Below are positions 1 through 8,348 of a DNA stretch of 64,000 bases, one piece after another; within the stretch, counting starts at the first letter, position 1; every line of letters begins with the position of its first letter. Under the pieces are notes generated by a model. That model did no database searches. It saw only the letters and a list, made by a program, of their open reading frames with translations, and had not been told where the DNA came from. Source of the stretch: Candidatus Omnitrophica bacterium UBA6233 (GTDB taxonomy: Bacteria; Omnitrophota; Gorgyraeia; Gygaellales; Profunditerraquicolaceae); contig DJWJ01000016.1 of the NCBI GenBank assembly GCA_002440965.1, positions 7,409 through 71,408 on the forward strand, in the 5' to 3' direction. A program made the translations under genes and the position numbers.

Positions 1-485
1 GCCGTCCGGAGTGGACAGAAAATTTCTTGGTCATAACCGGGTTTCTTTTTTTAATTTTAGGCCAGCTTATCCGGGTTTGCGCCCGTGGCTACAAAGCGGA
101 GCGTTCCCAAAACAGCCGCGCCCTGATTGAAGGAGGGCCGTATCGGATAGTGCGTAATCCTATGTACTTGGGAATTCTTTTTATCGGCCTGGGAGTTACG
201 TTTATAGTTTTCAATTGGTGGGCAACTTTTATTTTCCTTTTGGTTTTCGCTTTACGTTATTTTCCGTTAACGCTTAGCGAAGAGAAAAAATTGCGAGGAA
301 TGTTTCCGGGGACTTATGAAGCGTATTGCCTACGGGTTCCGCGCATACTTCCTCGGATATCCAGTTTAATAAAAACAAGCCCCAAAGAATATTTTCCGTT
401 AAAAGCAGTTTGGTTTAAAAAAGAATTAAATTCCATAATTCCATTGTTGATTTTGGTTATATCGGTTTTTCTCTGGAGAAGATGA
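1..485 (+). CDS. isoprenylcysteine carboxyl methyltransferase (ICMT/PEMT-like) family membrane methyltransferase, 5'-partial
   Basis: ORF is open to the window edge. Motif 'RNPMYLGILFIGLG' and the hydrophobic profile are typical of the ICMT/PEMT methyltransferase family. Confidence 0.5.
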   Translation, partial: RPEWTENFLVITGFLFLILGQLIRVCARGYKAERSQNSRALIEGGPYRIVRNPMYLGILFIGLGVTFIVFNWWATFIFLLVFALRYFPLTLSEEKKLRGMFPGTYEAYCLRVPRILPRISSLIKTSPKEYFPLKAVWFKKELNSIIPLLILVISVFLWRR

Positions 486-1282
486 AGACCTTTCAACTGA
501 AAGCGAAAATACTAGCGCAAACTAAAATAAAGGGCAATTGTTGGCATTGCGAATTAAATGCTCCGCAGGTTGCCAGAAGCTCTCTTCCCGGGCAGTTTAT
601 CAATATCCGGGTAGGCGATAATTTGGACCCGTTTTTAAGAAGACCGATTAGCATACACAGTGTGAGTGGAACGAAGGCAAGCATTCTTTATGAAGTTGTG
701 GGCAAGGCTACAGAAATCTTGACCCAAAAGAAAAAAGGCGATTTTTTAGATGTCATTGGTCCGTTGGGCAGCGGGTTTAATTACCCAAAACCCAAAACCC
801 AAAACCCAAAACCCATTTTAGTCGCAGGCGGCATGGGCGTAGCTCCGCTAATTTTTCTTGCCGGAAAATTAACGGAAGTCGAAAGCAAGAAATCGAAAGT
901 AAAAACTCTTGTGTTGATTGGAGCAAAGTCAAAAGAACATTTGCTCTGTGTTCAGGAATTTAAAAAATTGGGTTGCGCCGTAAAGATTGCTACTGACGAC
1001 GGTTCAGCCGGATTCAAGGGTAAAGTTAGTGATTTACTTAAGTATTTACTATCGACTATCGACTATCGACTATCGACTATATACGCCTGTGGGCCAAAGC
1101 CAATGCTTAAGGCGGTGGCGGATATTTCTAATGAGCGTCAAATATCAGCGCAGCTATCCCTAGAAGAACATATGAGCTGTGGAATCGGAGCATGCCTGGG
1201 TTGCGTCGTTAAAACAAAAGATGGATTAAAACGGGCTTGCAAAGAGGGTCCGGTATTTTTAGCTAAAGATTTAGTCTGGTAA
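482..1282 (+). CDS. pyrK: dihydroorotate dehydrogenase electron-transfer subunit (FAD/NAD-binding, 2Fe-2S)
   Basis: 'RRPISI', 'ILVAGGMGVAPL' and C-terminal 2Fe-2S cluster 'CGIGACLGCVVK'. Immediately upstream of pyrD with a 4-bp overlap. Confidence 0.85.
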   Translation: MKTFQLKAKILAQTKIKGNCWHCELNAPQVARSSLPGQFINIRVGDNLDPFLRRPISIHSVSGTKASILYEVVGKATEILTQKKKGDFLDVIGPLGSGFNYPKPKTQNPKPILVAGGMGVAPLIFLAGKLTEVESKKSKVKTLVLIGAKSKEHLLCVQEFKKLGCAVKIATDDGSAGFKGKVSDLLKYLLSTIDYRLSTIYACGPKPMLKAVADISNERQISAQLSLEEHMSCGIGACLGCVVKTKDGLKRACKEGPVFLAKDLVW

Positions 1283-1286
1283 AAAG

Positions 1287-2204
1287 ATGAAAACCAATCT
1301 TTCGGTAGAACTGGGAAAATTGAAATTAAATAATCCGGTGATGGTGGCCTCGGGGACTTTTGGCTATGCCGAGGAGTTTAGAGATTTTATGGATTTAAAA
1401 AAGCTCGGTGCCATTGTTACCAAGACGATAACTTTAAAACCGCGTAAGGGAAATCCCAGTCCGCGCACTTGCGAAACTACCGGTGGCATGCTTAACTCCA
1501 TTGGTTTAGAGAATCCGGGATTGGAAAATTTCATCAAAGATAAGCTCCCTTTTCTTAAAAAGCTAAGCATTCCTATAATTATAAGCGTTGCTTCAGAAGA
1601 AGAACCGGAAGAATTTCTGGAATTAGTGTCACGGTTAAACAAGATTGCAGAGGTTGCGGCTATCGAATTAAATATTTCTTGTCCTAACGTACAGGGAAAA
1701 GATGGCCTGATTGCTCAGGATCCCGAGTCTACTTATAGAATAGTTCAAGAAGTGCGCAAGATTACCGACAAAACATTGATTACCAAGCTTTCTCCTAATG
1801 TTACGTCAATTGGAAAAGTCGCTAAGTCAGCTGAAGAGGCAGGAAGTGACGCTGTTTCCTTGATCAATACTTTGAGCGGAATGAGCATAGATGTCCAGCG
1901 GAGAAAACCAAAAATTGCCTCGGGAGTTGCGGGCTTAAGCGGTCCGGCAATCCGGCCGGTGGCTGTAAGAATGGTTTGGGAGGTTTTTAAGAAGGTCAAG
2001 ATTCCGATTATCGGCATGGGCGGCATAATGGATGCGGATAGCGCCTTGGAATTTATTATTGTCGGAGCAAGCGCTGTAAGCGTCGGGACAGCTAACTTTA
2101 TCAATCCTAAAACAAGCTTGGAAATACTTTCTGGATTAAAAGAATATTTAATTCGAAACAAAATAACTGAAATCAAGGAGCTTATCGGGAGCCTAAAAGT
2201 ATGA
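1287..2204 (+). CDS. pyrD: dihydroorotate dehydrogenase catalytic subunit (class 1B)
   Basis: 'NPVMVASGTFGY', 'NTLSGM', 'SNCPN'-like motifs; 305 aa; operon with pyrK. Confidence 0.9.
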   Translation: MKTNLSVELGKLKLNNPVMVASGTFGYAEEFRDFMDLKKLGAIVTKTITLKPRKGNPSPRTCETTGGMLNSIGLENPGLENFIKDKLPFLKKLSIPIIISVASEEEPEEFLELVSRLNKIAEVAAIELNISCPNVQGKDGLIAQDPESTYRIVQEVRKITDKTLITKLSPNVTSIGKVAKSAEEAGSDAVSLINTLSGMSIDVQRRKPKIASGVAGLSGPAIRPVAVRMVWEVFKKVKIPIIGMGGIMDADSALEFIIVGASAVSVGTANFINPKTSLEILSGLKEYLIRNKITEIKELIGSLKV

Positions 2205-2866
2205 AATCCGAAATAATTTTAGCTTTAGATGTGGATAATTTTGCCTTGGTAAAATATTTTGTTCATAAACTCTATCCTCAGATAAAAACATTCAAAGTAG
2301 GTATGCAGCTTTATACTGCCATCGGACCAAGGGTAATCAAAATGATTCATCAAAAGGGCGGCGAGGTCTTTCTGGACTTAAAATTCCTCGATATTCCCAA
2401 TACTGTCGCTAAGGCGGTGCGTGAGGCGGTCCGTCATAATGTTAAGATGCTTACTCTGCATATATGCGGCGGCCAAGAAATGCTTAAGGCCGCGGTATCT
2501 GCTGCTAAAGATGAAGCCAAAAAATCAAAAGCCAAAAAGCCATTATTAATCGGCGTTACGGTTTTAACCAGTCAAAAAACCCTTTCCAGCCAAGTGTTCA
2601 AGCTGGCTAAAATCGGGATCGCTTCCGGATTAGACGGGGTAGTTTGCTCGGCTCAGGAAGCAAGAAGCCTAAGAAAAATAATTAAAAGAAAATTTGTGAT
2701 AGTTACCCCCGGGATAAGGCCGGAGGGGATAGACAGAAACGATCAAAAACGTATTGCTACTGTGTCCGAAGCGATTAAAGCCGGAAGCAATTTCTTGGTT
2801 ATTGGCCGGCCGATATTAGAATCCGATAATCCGCTTCAGACGGTAAAATCTTTAAAGGTAAGGTAA
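2201..2866 (+). CDS. pyrF: orotidine-5'-phosphate decarboxylase
   Basis: 'ILALDVD' and 'DLKFLDIPNTV' motifs; 221 aa; 4-bp overlap with pyrD. Confidence 0.85.
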   Translation: MKSEIILALDVDNFALVKYFVHKLYPQIKTFKVGMQLYTAIGPRVIKMIHQKGGEVFLDLKFLDIPNTVAKAVREAVRHNVKMLTLHICGGQEMLKAAVSAAKDEAKKSKAKKPLLIGVTVLTSQKTLSSQVFKLAKIGIASGLDGVVCSAQEARSLRKIIKRKFVIVTPGIRPEGIDRNDQKRIATVSEAIKAGSNFLVIGRPILESDNPLQTVKSLKVR

Positions 2867-2881
2867 AAGGGGAGATAATAT

Positions 2882-3283
2882 ATGCAAAAAAAATTGGCAG
2901 TTTTTATTTCTTCATTAATCTTATTGACGAATATTTGCGGTTGTGTTGCTTTAATAGCGGGAAGCGTTGCCGGCGGAGCAGGGACGGCAGTTTGGCTTTC
3001 GGGAAAATTAGTTCAGTCTGTAGATTTTCCGCTTGATCAGGTAGCCAAGGCTGCCAAAGAATATTTAGAATCGGGTAAATTTGCTTTAACAAGTAAGGAA
3101 ACTATTTCCTCCGGACATGCAGTGGTTCAGATCAGAAGCAGGTATATTAGCGGAGAAAGAGTGCGTATAGATATTCATAAAATTACCGAAACAAGATCGC
3201 GTATTGAAATACGGGTTGGCACATTGATGGGAAATAGAGAAGCCGCGGATAAAGTCTTAAAAGGAATTACCGAACGATTGTAA
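2882..3283 (+). CDS. hypothetical lipoprotein
   Basis: Signal peptide with lipobox 'LTNICGC'; RBS 'AAGGGGAG' upstream. Confidence 0.5.
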   Translation: MQKKLAVFISSLILLTNICGCVALIAGSVAGGAGTAVWLSGKLVQSVDFPLDQVAKAAKEYLESGKFALTSKETISSGHAVVQIRSRYISGERVRIDIHKITETRSRIEIRVGTLMGNREAADKVLKGITERL

Positions 3284-3316
3284 TTTGAAGCAGTTAACTT
3301 TTTGATATAAAATGAA

Positions 3317-4009
3317 TTGAGAACAGAGGAAAGAATAAGGGCAAGGAAGTTTCGGACGCAAGGTTTATCTCTTAGGGAGATTTGTGGGAGAATTAAGTGT
3401 TCTAAAAGTTCAGTAAGTGGATGGGTGCGCGATATCCCCTTAACTACCGAGCAAATTGCAAGGCTTAAGTTAAAGCAGGATAAGGGCCGCGCCAATGCTG
3501 CTAATCATCCTAATAGCCCTAAGCAGGTTTGGGTGAGAATACGTAGTGATATCATAACTTCTGCTGTCAAAGAAATTCCTGCTATCCCCTCAGGTTTGGC
3601 GTTAAAAATAGTTGGAACAGCATTATATTGGGGTGAAGGATATAAAGCGGTAGATAATATGGTTAGCTTTAGCAATTCTGATCCTCAAATGATTGCCTTG
3701 ATGATGAAATTTTTTAAAGAAATATGCAAAGTGCCAAAAGTAAAATTTCGTGGAGCAACACATATCCACCCGCACTTAGATAAAATAAAATCCGAAAAAT
3801 TTTGGGTAAAGGTTAGCGGAATACCGCTAACACAATTTCATAAGACTCAATTCGGGGTTAGTAGAGTCAGTAAACAAAAAAGAGATTCATTGCCTTTAGG
3901 CACTTTTAGTATAATAATATGTGATGCTCGCCTTCAGTCAAAGATTAAAGGTTGGATTAAAGGACTGGAGGCCTGGATTAATATTCGGGCGGTTAGTTCA
4001 GTTGGTTAG
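3317..4009 (+). CDS. hypothetical protein with N-terminal HTH-like region (TTG start); 3' end overlaps tRNA-Val
   Basis: 230-aa ORF with N-terminal 'GLSLREICGRIKCSKSSVSGWVRD' HTH-like stretch. No recognisable family. Last 23 nt overlap the tRNA. Confidence 0.3.
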   Translation: MRTEERIRARKFRTQGLSLREICGRIKCSKSSVSGWVRDIPLTTEQIARLKLKQDKGRANAANHPNSPKQVWVRIRSDIITSAVKEIPAIPSGLALKIVGTALYWGEGYKAVDNMVSFSNSDPQMIALMMKFFKEICKVPKVKFRGATHIHPHLDKIKSEKFWVKVSGIPLTQFHKTQFGVSRVSKQKRDSLPLGTFSIIICDARLQSKIKGWIKGLEAWINIRAVSSVG

Positions 4010-4063
4010 AACGCGTGATTTACATTCACGAAGTCAGGGGTTCAAGTCCTCTACCGCCCACCA
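3987..4063 (+). tRNA. tRNA-Val (anticodon TAC)
   Basis: Acceptor stem GGGCGGT/ACCGCCC, D-arm 'TAGTTCAGTTGGTTAGAAC', anticodon stem CGTGA/TCACG with loop 'TTTACAT', T-arm 'GGGGTTCAAGTCCTC', encoded CCA. Confidence 0.85.
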
Positions 4064-4131
4064 TTAATTTAACCGAAAAACCTGTTGCAAGGAAACTGTT
4101 TTTAAGCTACAATTTACATCCTTATACTCTT

Positions 4132-4207
4132 GGGGTCGTAGCTTAGCCTGGCTTAAAGCGCCTCCCTGTCACGGAGGAGATCGCGAGTCCGAATCTCGTC
4201 GGCCCCG
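4132..4207 (+). tRNA. tRNA-Asp (anticodon GTC)
   Basis: Acceptor GGGGTCG/CGGCCCC, anticodon stem CCTCC/GGAGG with loop 'CTGTCAC', T-arm 'CGAGTCCGAATCTCG'. No encoded CCA. Confidence 0.85.
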
Positions 4208-4220
4208 TTAATTCCCGCAA

Positions 4221-4248
4221 TCCCTATAAGCAGCTATAGGGATTTTTT
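4221..4248 (+). terminator. rho-independent terminator after the tRNA pair
   Basis: Hairpin TCCCTATA-agcagc-TATAGGGA followed by TTTTTTGG. Confidence 0.6.
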
Positions 4249-4279
4249 GGAAAAACTAGTTATAAAAAAGGAGGAATTG

Positions 4280-4684
4280 ATGCGGAAAATTTATTCCCTG
4301 TTTTTGTGCTTTTTGTTTTTATCGGGATGCTCGACCGCCGGTTCTCATTTGAAATCAGTGCAATCCGACGCAGGGGACAAGGTAACCGTGGGCAAGGTTC
4401 AGCGCGAGATACGCGTAGGCATGTCTTCGGCAAAAGTTATCGAGGTCTTGGGTTCTCCCAATGTTGTTTCTACCGACGAAAATAGGCTGGAAGTCTGGGT
4501 TTATGATAAAATCGCTACCGATGTAGCTTATTCCAGCAATGAGGGCGGTGTTTGGTTGATAATCGCGGGTATCGGAGGAAATTCCGGGGCGGCCTCAACT
4601 TCTCAGAGGACATTGACCATTGTAATTAAATTTGATGCCGATAAAAAGGTTCGCGACTTCGCGTATCATTCTTCCAGCTTCTAA
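4280..4684 (+). CDS. hypothetical lipoprotein
   Basis: Start chosen at the ATG after RBS 'AAGGAGG'. Signal peptide with lipobox 'LFLSGCST'. Confidence 0.5.
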   Translation: MRKIYSLFLCFLFLSGCSTAGSHLKSVQSDAGDKVTVGKVQREIRVGMSSAKVIEVLGSPNVVSTDENRLEVWVYDKIATDVAYSSNEGGVWLIIAGIGGNSGAASTSQRTLTIVIKFDADKKVRDFAYHSSSF

Positions 4685-4696
4685 AGGAGCAAAATC

Positions 4697-5257
4697 GTGA
4701 AGTTAGCTTTTAGGTTTTTGCGCCCGTTTTTTGTTATATTTTTTTGTTTTAACCTGGTTGGCTGTGTAAGCGTTCCCAGCGGATTCCTGAAACCGCCGGA
4801 AGGGTATCTGGAGAAAAGGCAGCTGCAAACGCGCCAGTATGAGACGGCTAACGAAGAGCAAATTGTGATGGCTGTAGCTGGAGTCCTGCAAGATCTAGGT
4901 TTTAATCTGGATAACAGCGAAACCCGGTTGGGTTTGGTTTCCGCTTCCAAGAAAGCCGATGCCAAAAGTAAGGGGCAGATTACCGGGGCGGTTATTCTGG
5001 ATGTGTTGGCTGCTTTTGGCGGGAGTTATTCAAACAGCACGGCACAGTGCGATAAGTCGCAGGTGGTAAGAGCTTCAGTTATTGTTAAGCCTGCTCTTGA
5101 AGGGCGCAAAATGGTCGTGCGGGTTACCTTTCAACGGATTGTCTGGAATATGAGTAATCAGATTAGCAGGGTAGAAACCATTAACGAGCCGTTAATGTAC
5201 CAGAAATTTTTTGATAGTTTATCCAAGGCAATATTTTTAGAGGCTCAGCAAGTATGA
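4697..5257 (+). CDS. lipoprotein, paralog 1 of a tandem pair
   Basis: Lipobox 'NLVGCVS'. The C-terminal half aligns with the next ORF ('YQKFFDSLSKAIFLEAQQV' vs 'YQDFFVALEKAIFLTAQQV'). Confidence 0.55.
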   Translation: MKLAFRFLRPFFVIFFCFNLVGCVSVPSGFLKPPEGYLEKRQLQTRQYETANEEQIVMAVAGVLQDLGFNLDNSETRLGLVSASKKADAKSKGQITGAVILDVLAAFGGSYSNSTAQCDKSQVVRASVIVKPALEGRKMVVRVTFQRIVWNMSNQISRVETINEPLMYQKFFDSLSKAIFLEAQQV

Positions 5258-5679
5258 GAAATTGTAGCTTTTTAGTTTTTCTTTTGTTCATAAGTATCGT
5301 TTTATCCGGTTGTGCTACTCCCGCCTCCAGCGTCCTTACCGCTGAATCCAGTCAGGTAAGATTAAGAAGTATCCAGACCAGGGCATTTGATACGGCGGAC
5401 AAAAAGAAGATGCTGCAAAACGTAATCAGCACTATGCAGGACCTGGATTTTGTCATTGATAAGGCTGATTTTACGCTTGGTTCGGTTACCGGGTCTAAAT
5501 TTTTGGGTTACGAAGTAGTTACAATGAGCGTAACTGTGCGGCCCAGAGGCGAAAAACAGCTGTTGGTTAGAGCCAACGCTCAGTACGGTATTAAGTCTGT
5601 AGAAGACCCCGCAACCTATCAGGATTTTTTTGTTGCTCTGGAAAAAGCTATATTTTTGACCGCGCAGCAGGTTGATTAA
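5254..5679 (+). CDS. lipoprotein, paralog 2 of a tandem pair
   Basis: Lipobox 'VLSGCAT'. Paralogous to 4697-5257; 4-bp overlap. Confidence 0.55.
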   Translation: MRNCSFLVFLLFISIVLSGCATPASSVLTAESSQVRLRSIQTRAFDTADKKKMLQNVISTMQDLDFVIDKADFTLGSVTGSKFLGYEVVTMSVTVRPRGEKQLLVRANAQYGIKSVEDPATYQDFFVALEKAIFLTAQQVD

Positions 5680-5703
5680 AGATTAAAGCAGGTATTTGAT
5701 TAC

Positions 5704-5735
5704 GGGCTGGATTTGACCATCCAGCCTTTTTATTT
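5704..5735 (+). terminator. rho-independent terminator
   Basis: GGGCTGGAT-ttgacc-ATCCAGCC hairpin followed by TTTTTATTT. Confidence 0.55.
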
Positions 5736-5742
5736 AACTTAC

Positions 5743-5773
5743 TTGGTTCGATTTATGGTATACTTATTATAAT
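5743..5773 (+). promoter_or_regulatory. candidate sigma70-type promoter (-35 TTGGTT, -10 TATAAT) upstream of the csaA-like gene
   Basis: TTGGTT at 5743-5748 and TATAAT at 5768-5773 (19-nt spacer). RBS TAGGAGG precedes the ATG at 5795. Confidence 0.35.
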
Positions 5774-5794
5774 TGTTAAACCTTAGGAGGCTAG

Positions 5795-6115
5795 ATGGCC
5801 ACGATTGATGATTTCAGAAAAATAGAACTAAAAGTCGCTCAAATTAAAGAGGTTAGCGAACATCCTAACGCGGATAAACTTTTGATTTTGACCTTGGATT
5901 TAGGAGATAAAACAAAACAGGTAGTCGCCGGGATAAGAAGCGCCTACACCAGGGAAACGCTCTTGGGCAAATATGTGGTAGTAGTGGATAACCTGGATCC
6001 GGCTGTTTTAAGGGGCGTGGAGAGCCAGGGAATGGTTTTGGCCGGCTCAGATGAATCAGGAGTAGTAATTATTAGTCCGGAAAGGCCGTTGAAGCTAGGG
6101 AGCATAGTTAAATGA
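5795..6115 (+). CDS. tRNA-binding domain protein (CsaA/YgjH/EMAP-like)
   Basis: 'KIELKVAQIKEVSEHPNADKLLILTLDLGD...VVAGI' is typical of the tRNA-binding OB-fold found in MetRS C-termini and CsaA. Confidence 0.7.
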   Translation: MATIDDFRKIELKVAQIKEVSEHPNADKLLILTLDLGDKTKQVVAGIRSAYTRETLLGKYVVVVDNLDPAVLRGVESQGMVLAGSDESGVVIISPERPLKLGSIVK

Positions 6116-6618
6116 TTAGGCAATTGGTCCCGGAAAGCGTCTGCCTTAAATGCCAGGGTTGCTGTCGTTTTAAAGAAATTGATTCGGTTTGGACTCCATG
6201 CTTATTGGAGGAAGAGGTTCAGGATTTAATCGATCAAGACATCCCTCCTGCGTATATTAATATGCAGAAGAAGATTAGCCCTGTTCCTAATCCTAAGGGC
6301 GAGGGGTTTGTCTGCGCTTTTTTTGCAAGCGAAAGCAACAAGTGTAAGATTTACACTATCCGGCCTTTTGAGTGCCAGCTTTATCCGTTTCTGATCAATT
6401 TGAGGGATAAAAAAGTGGTCCTGACAGTGGATTTGAATTGTCCATATATAAAAGAGAATATAAGTAAAAAAGAGTTTAAAGAACACGTTAGTTATCTATC
6501 GTCCTATCTGAATTCTCCGGAACAGTTAGAGATGTTAAAAGATAACCCCCAAATCATTCAAGCTTACGAAGATGTTTTGGATGTGATTGAGCTCAAGCTT
6601 CTTGATGGCGATAAATAA
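6112..6618 (+). CDS. YkgJ-family (UPF0153) CxxCxxCC zinc/iron-chelating domain protein
   Basis: 'CLKCQGCCRF' N-terminal motif plus downstream 'C...CKIY...PFECQLYPF'. Confidence 0.55.
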   Translation: MIRQLVPESVCLKCQGCCRFKEIDSVWTPCLLEEEVQDLIDQDIPPAYINMQKKISPVPNPKGEGFVCAFFASESNKCKIYTIRPFECQLYPFLINLRDKKVVLTVDLNCPYIKENISKKEFKEHVSYLSSYLNSPEQLEMLKDNPQIIQAYEDVLDVIELKLLDGDK

Positions 6619-7495
6619 ACTAAGGCTTGGCGACAAGAAAATATTCGATAAATATCTGGCTTTCGAAAAGCACGAATTATCCGTTTATTCCTTCGCGAAT
6701 ATTTACATCTGGAGAAAGTTTTTTGATATACGTTGGGCCTTGATCAATAATAGCCTGTGTGTTTTTTTTCAGGATAAAATCGGCACGTTTTTATATCTTT
6801 CTCCGTTAGGTAAAAATAGAAATCCGCAAACTACAAAAGAAGTTTTCACGATTCTGGAAGAATTGAATAAAAATCCGGAGTTCGCTCATATTGAAAACGT
6901 CGAAGAAAAGGATTTGGATTTTTACAGGGAATTAGGCTTTAGATGCGAATTAAAAGCCTATGATTATCTTTGTAAACGCGTTGATTTAGCCGGATTAAAA
7001 GGGAATAAATTTAAATCCAAGCGTTCAAGTTGCAATTATTTTATCAAACACAATGATTTTACTTGGGAGAGGCTTTTGCTAAAAGATAGAAGTGCCTGCG
7101 TCAAGCTATATAATCTTTGGCAAAAACAAAGACAGGCGGATAACCCCGATCGTATCTATCAGGGATTATTAAATGATGGTTCAGTTGCCTTAAAAGAAGC
7201 GCTGGACAATTATAAGGCATTAGGTTTACAAGGTGTCGTGGTTAAGCTAAGTAAAGAAGTAAAAGGTTTTACTTTTGGGTTTGAACTGAATCCGGATACG
7301 TTTTGCATATTATACGAAATAACAGATCTTTCGGTTAAGGGTTTGGCGCAATTTATTTTCCGTTCCTTTAGTCAAGAACTAAAAGATTACAAATTTATCA
7401 ATGTTATGGATGACTCCGGTCTAGAAAACCTTAAAAAAGTAAAATTGTCGTATCATCCGCAGGAATTAGTCCCGGCGTATATCGTGAGAAATTAA
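6587..7495 (+). CDS. hypothetical protein (possibly DUF2156/aminoacyl-lipid-synthase-C-like fold)
   Basis: 302-aa ORF with no strong motif. Weak resemblance of the N-terminal region to DUF2156. Confidence 0.3.
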   Translation: MSSSFLMAINKLRLGDKKIFDKYLAFEKHELSVYSFANIYIWRKFFDIRWALINNSLCVFFQDKIGTFLYLSPLGKNRNPQTTKEVFTILEELNKNPEFAHIENVEEKDLDFYRELGFRCELKAYDYLCKRVDLAGLKGNKFKSKRSSCNYFIKHNDFTWERLLLKDRSACVKLYNLWQKQRQADNPDRIYQGLLNDGSVALKEALDNYKALGLQGVVVKLSKEVKGFTFGFELNPDTFCILYEITDLSVKGLAQFIFRSFSQELKDYKFINVMDDSGLENLKKVKLSYHPQELVPAYIVRN

Positions 7496-7496
7496 T

Positions 7497-8348
7497 ATGG
7501 GTAAAAACATAGACGACATAGAATTCGTAATTTTTGATACTGAGACTACCGGATTGGATCCTTCTTTGGGAGACCGGATAGTCGAGATTGCCGCGCTAAG
7601 GTTTAAAGGCAGGGAAAGGCTAGCGGAGTTTCAGACGTTAGTGAATCCGGATAGGCCTGTATCTAGTGCAGCCTTCGCGGTCAATAAAATCAGCGCGGAT
7701 ATGCTTAAAGACGCTCCCAACCCAACTGAAGTAATCCCGAAGTTTCTGGATTTTATTCAAGGCAGCTGCCTTTGTTCCTATAACGCGGGATTTGACCTGG
7801 AATTCCTGAATAATGAGTTTAAAATATTAGGCATTCCCGCATTAAAAGATATTGTGGTAGTGGATGCGCTTAAGATGGCCAAGCGTCTTATGCCGGGGTT
7901 AGAGCGTTACGCGCTTTGGTTTGTGGCGGATGCCTTAGGAATAAAAATTCAGCAAAAACACCGCGCATTTTCCGATGTTGAACTTACCTTAGGTGCTTTC
8001 TATAAATTAAAAGATATGCTTGCGGCTAAAAGCATAATTGATTTTAATAAATTTGTCGGTTTATTTAGCATTGATCCGGTTCTGCTAGAGACTATCAATA
8101 ACCAAAAGATTGCTCAGATCCAGGAGGCGTTGAATTTAAAGGTCCAAGTAAAAATCGAATATATTTCTGCTTCCAGCGCTCAGGTTACTGAGCGCGAGGT
8201 TGTGCCGAAAGAAATTAAGCAGGAGAATGGCCGTAATTATCTGGTTGGATATTGTTGTTTAAAACGGCAAGAGCGGTCATTTCGGGTTGATAATATACTG
8301 CATATTGAGCTGGTGTATGAAAACAGTAAAGATCAAATTACCCGTTAA
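7497..8348 (+). CDS. DnaQ-like 3'-5' exonuclease (DEDDh) fused to a C-terminal WYL domain
   Basis: Exo I 'FVIFDTETTGLD', Exo III 'HRAFSDV'. The C-terminus 'REVVPKEIKQENGRNYLVGYCCLKRQERSFRVDNI' matches the WYL-domain pattern. Confidence 0.6.
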   Translation: MGKNIDDIEFVIFDTETTGLDPSLGDRIVEIAALRFKGRERLAEFQTLVNPDRPVSSAAFAVNKISADMLKDAPNPTEVIPKFLDFIQGSCLCSYNAGFDLEFLNNEFKILGIPALKDIVVVDALKMAKRLMPGLERYALWFVADALGIKIQQKHRAFSDVELTLGAFYKLKDMLAAKSIIDFNKFVGLFSIDPVLLETINNQKIAQIQEALNLKVQVKIEYISASSAQVTEREVVPKEIKQENGRNYLVGYCCLKRQERSFRVDNILHIELVYENSKDQITR

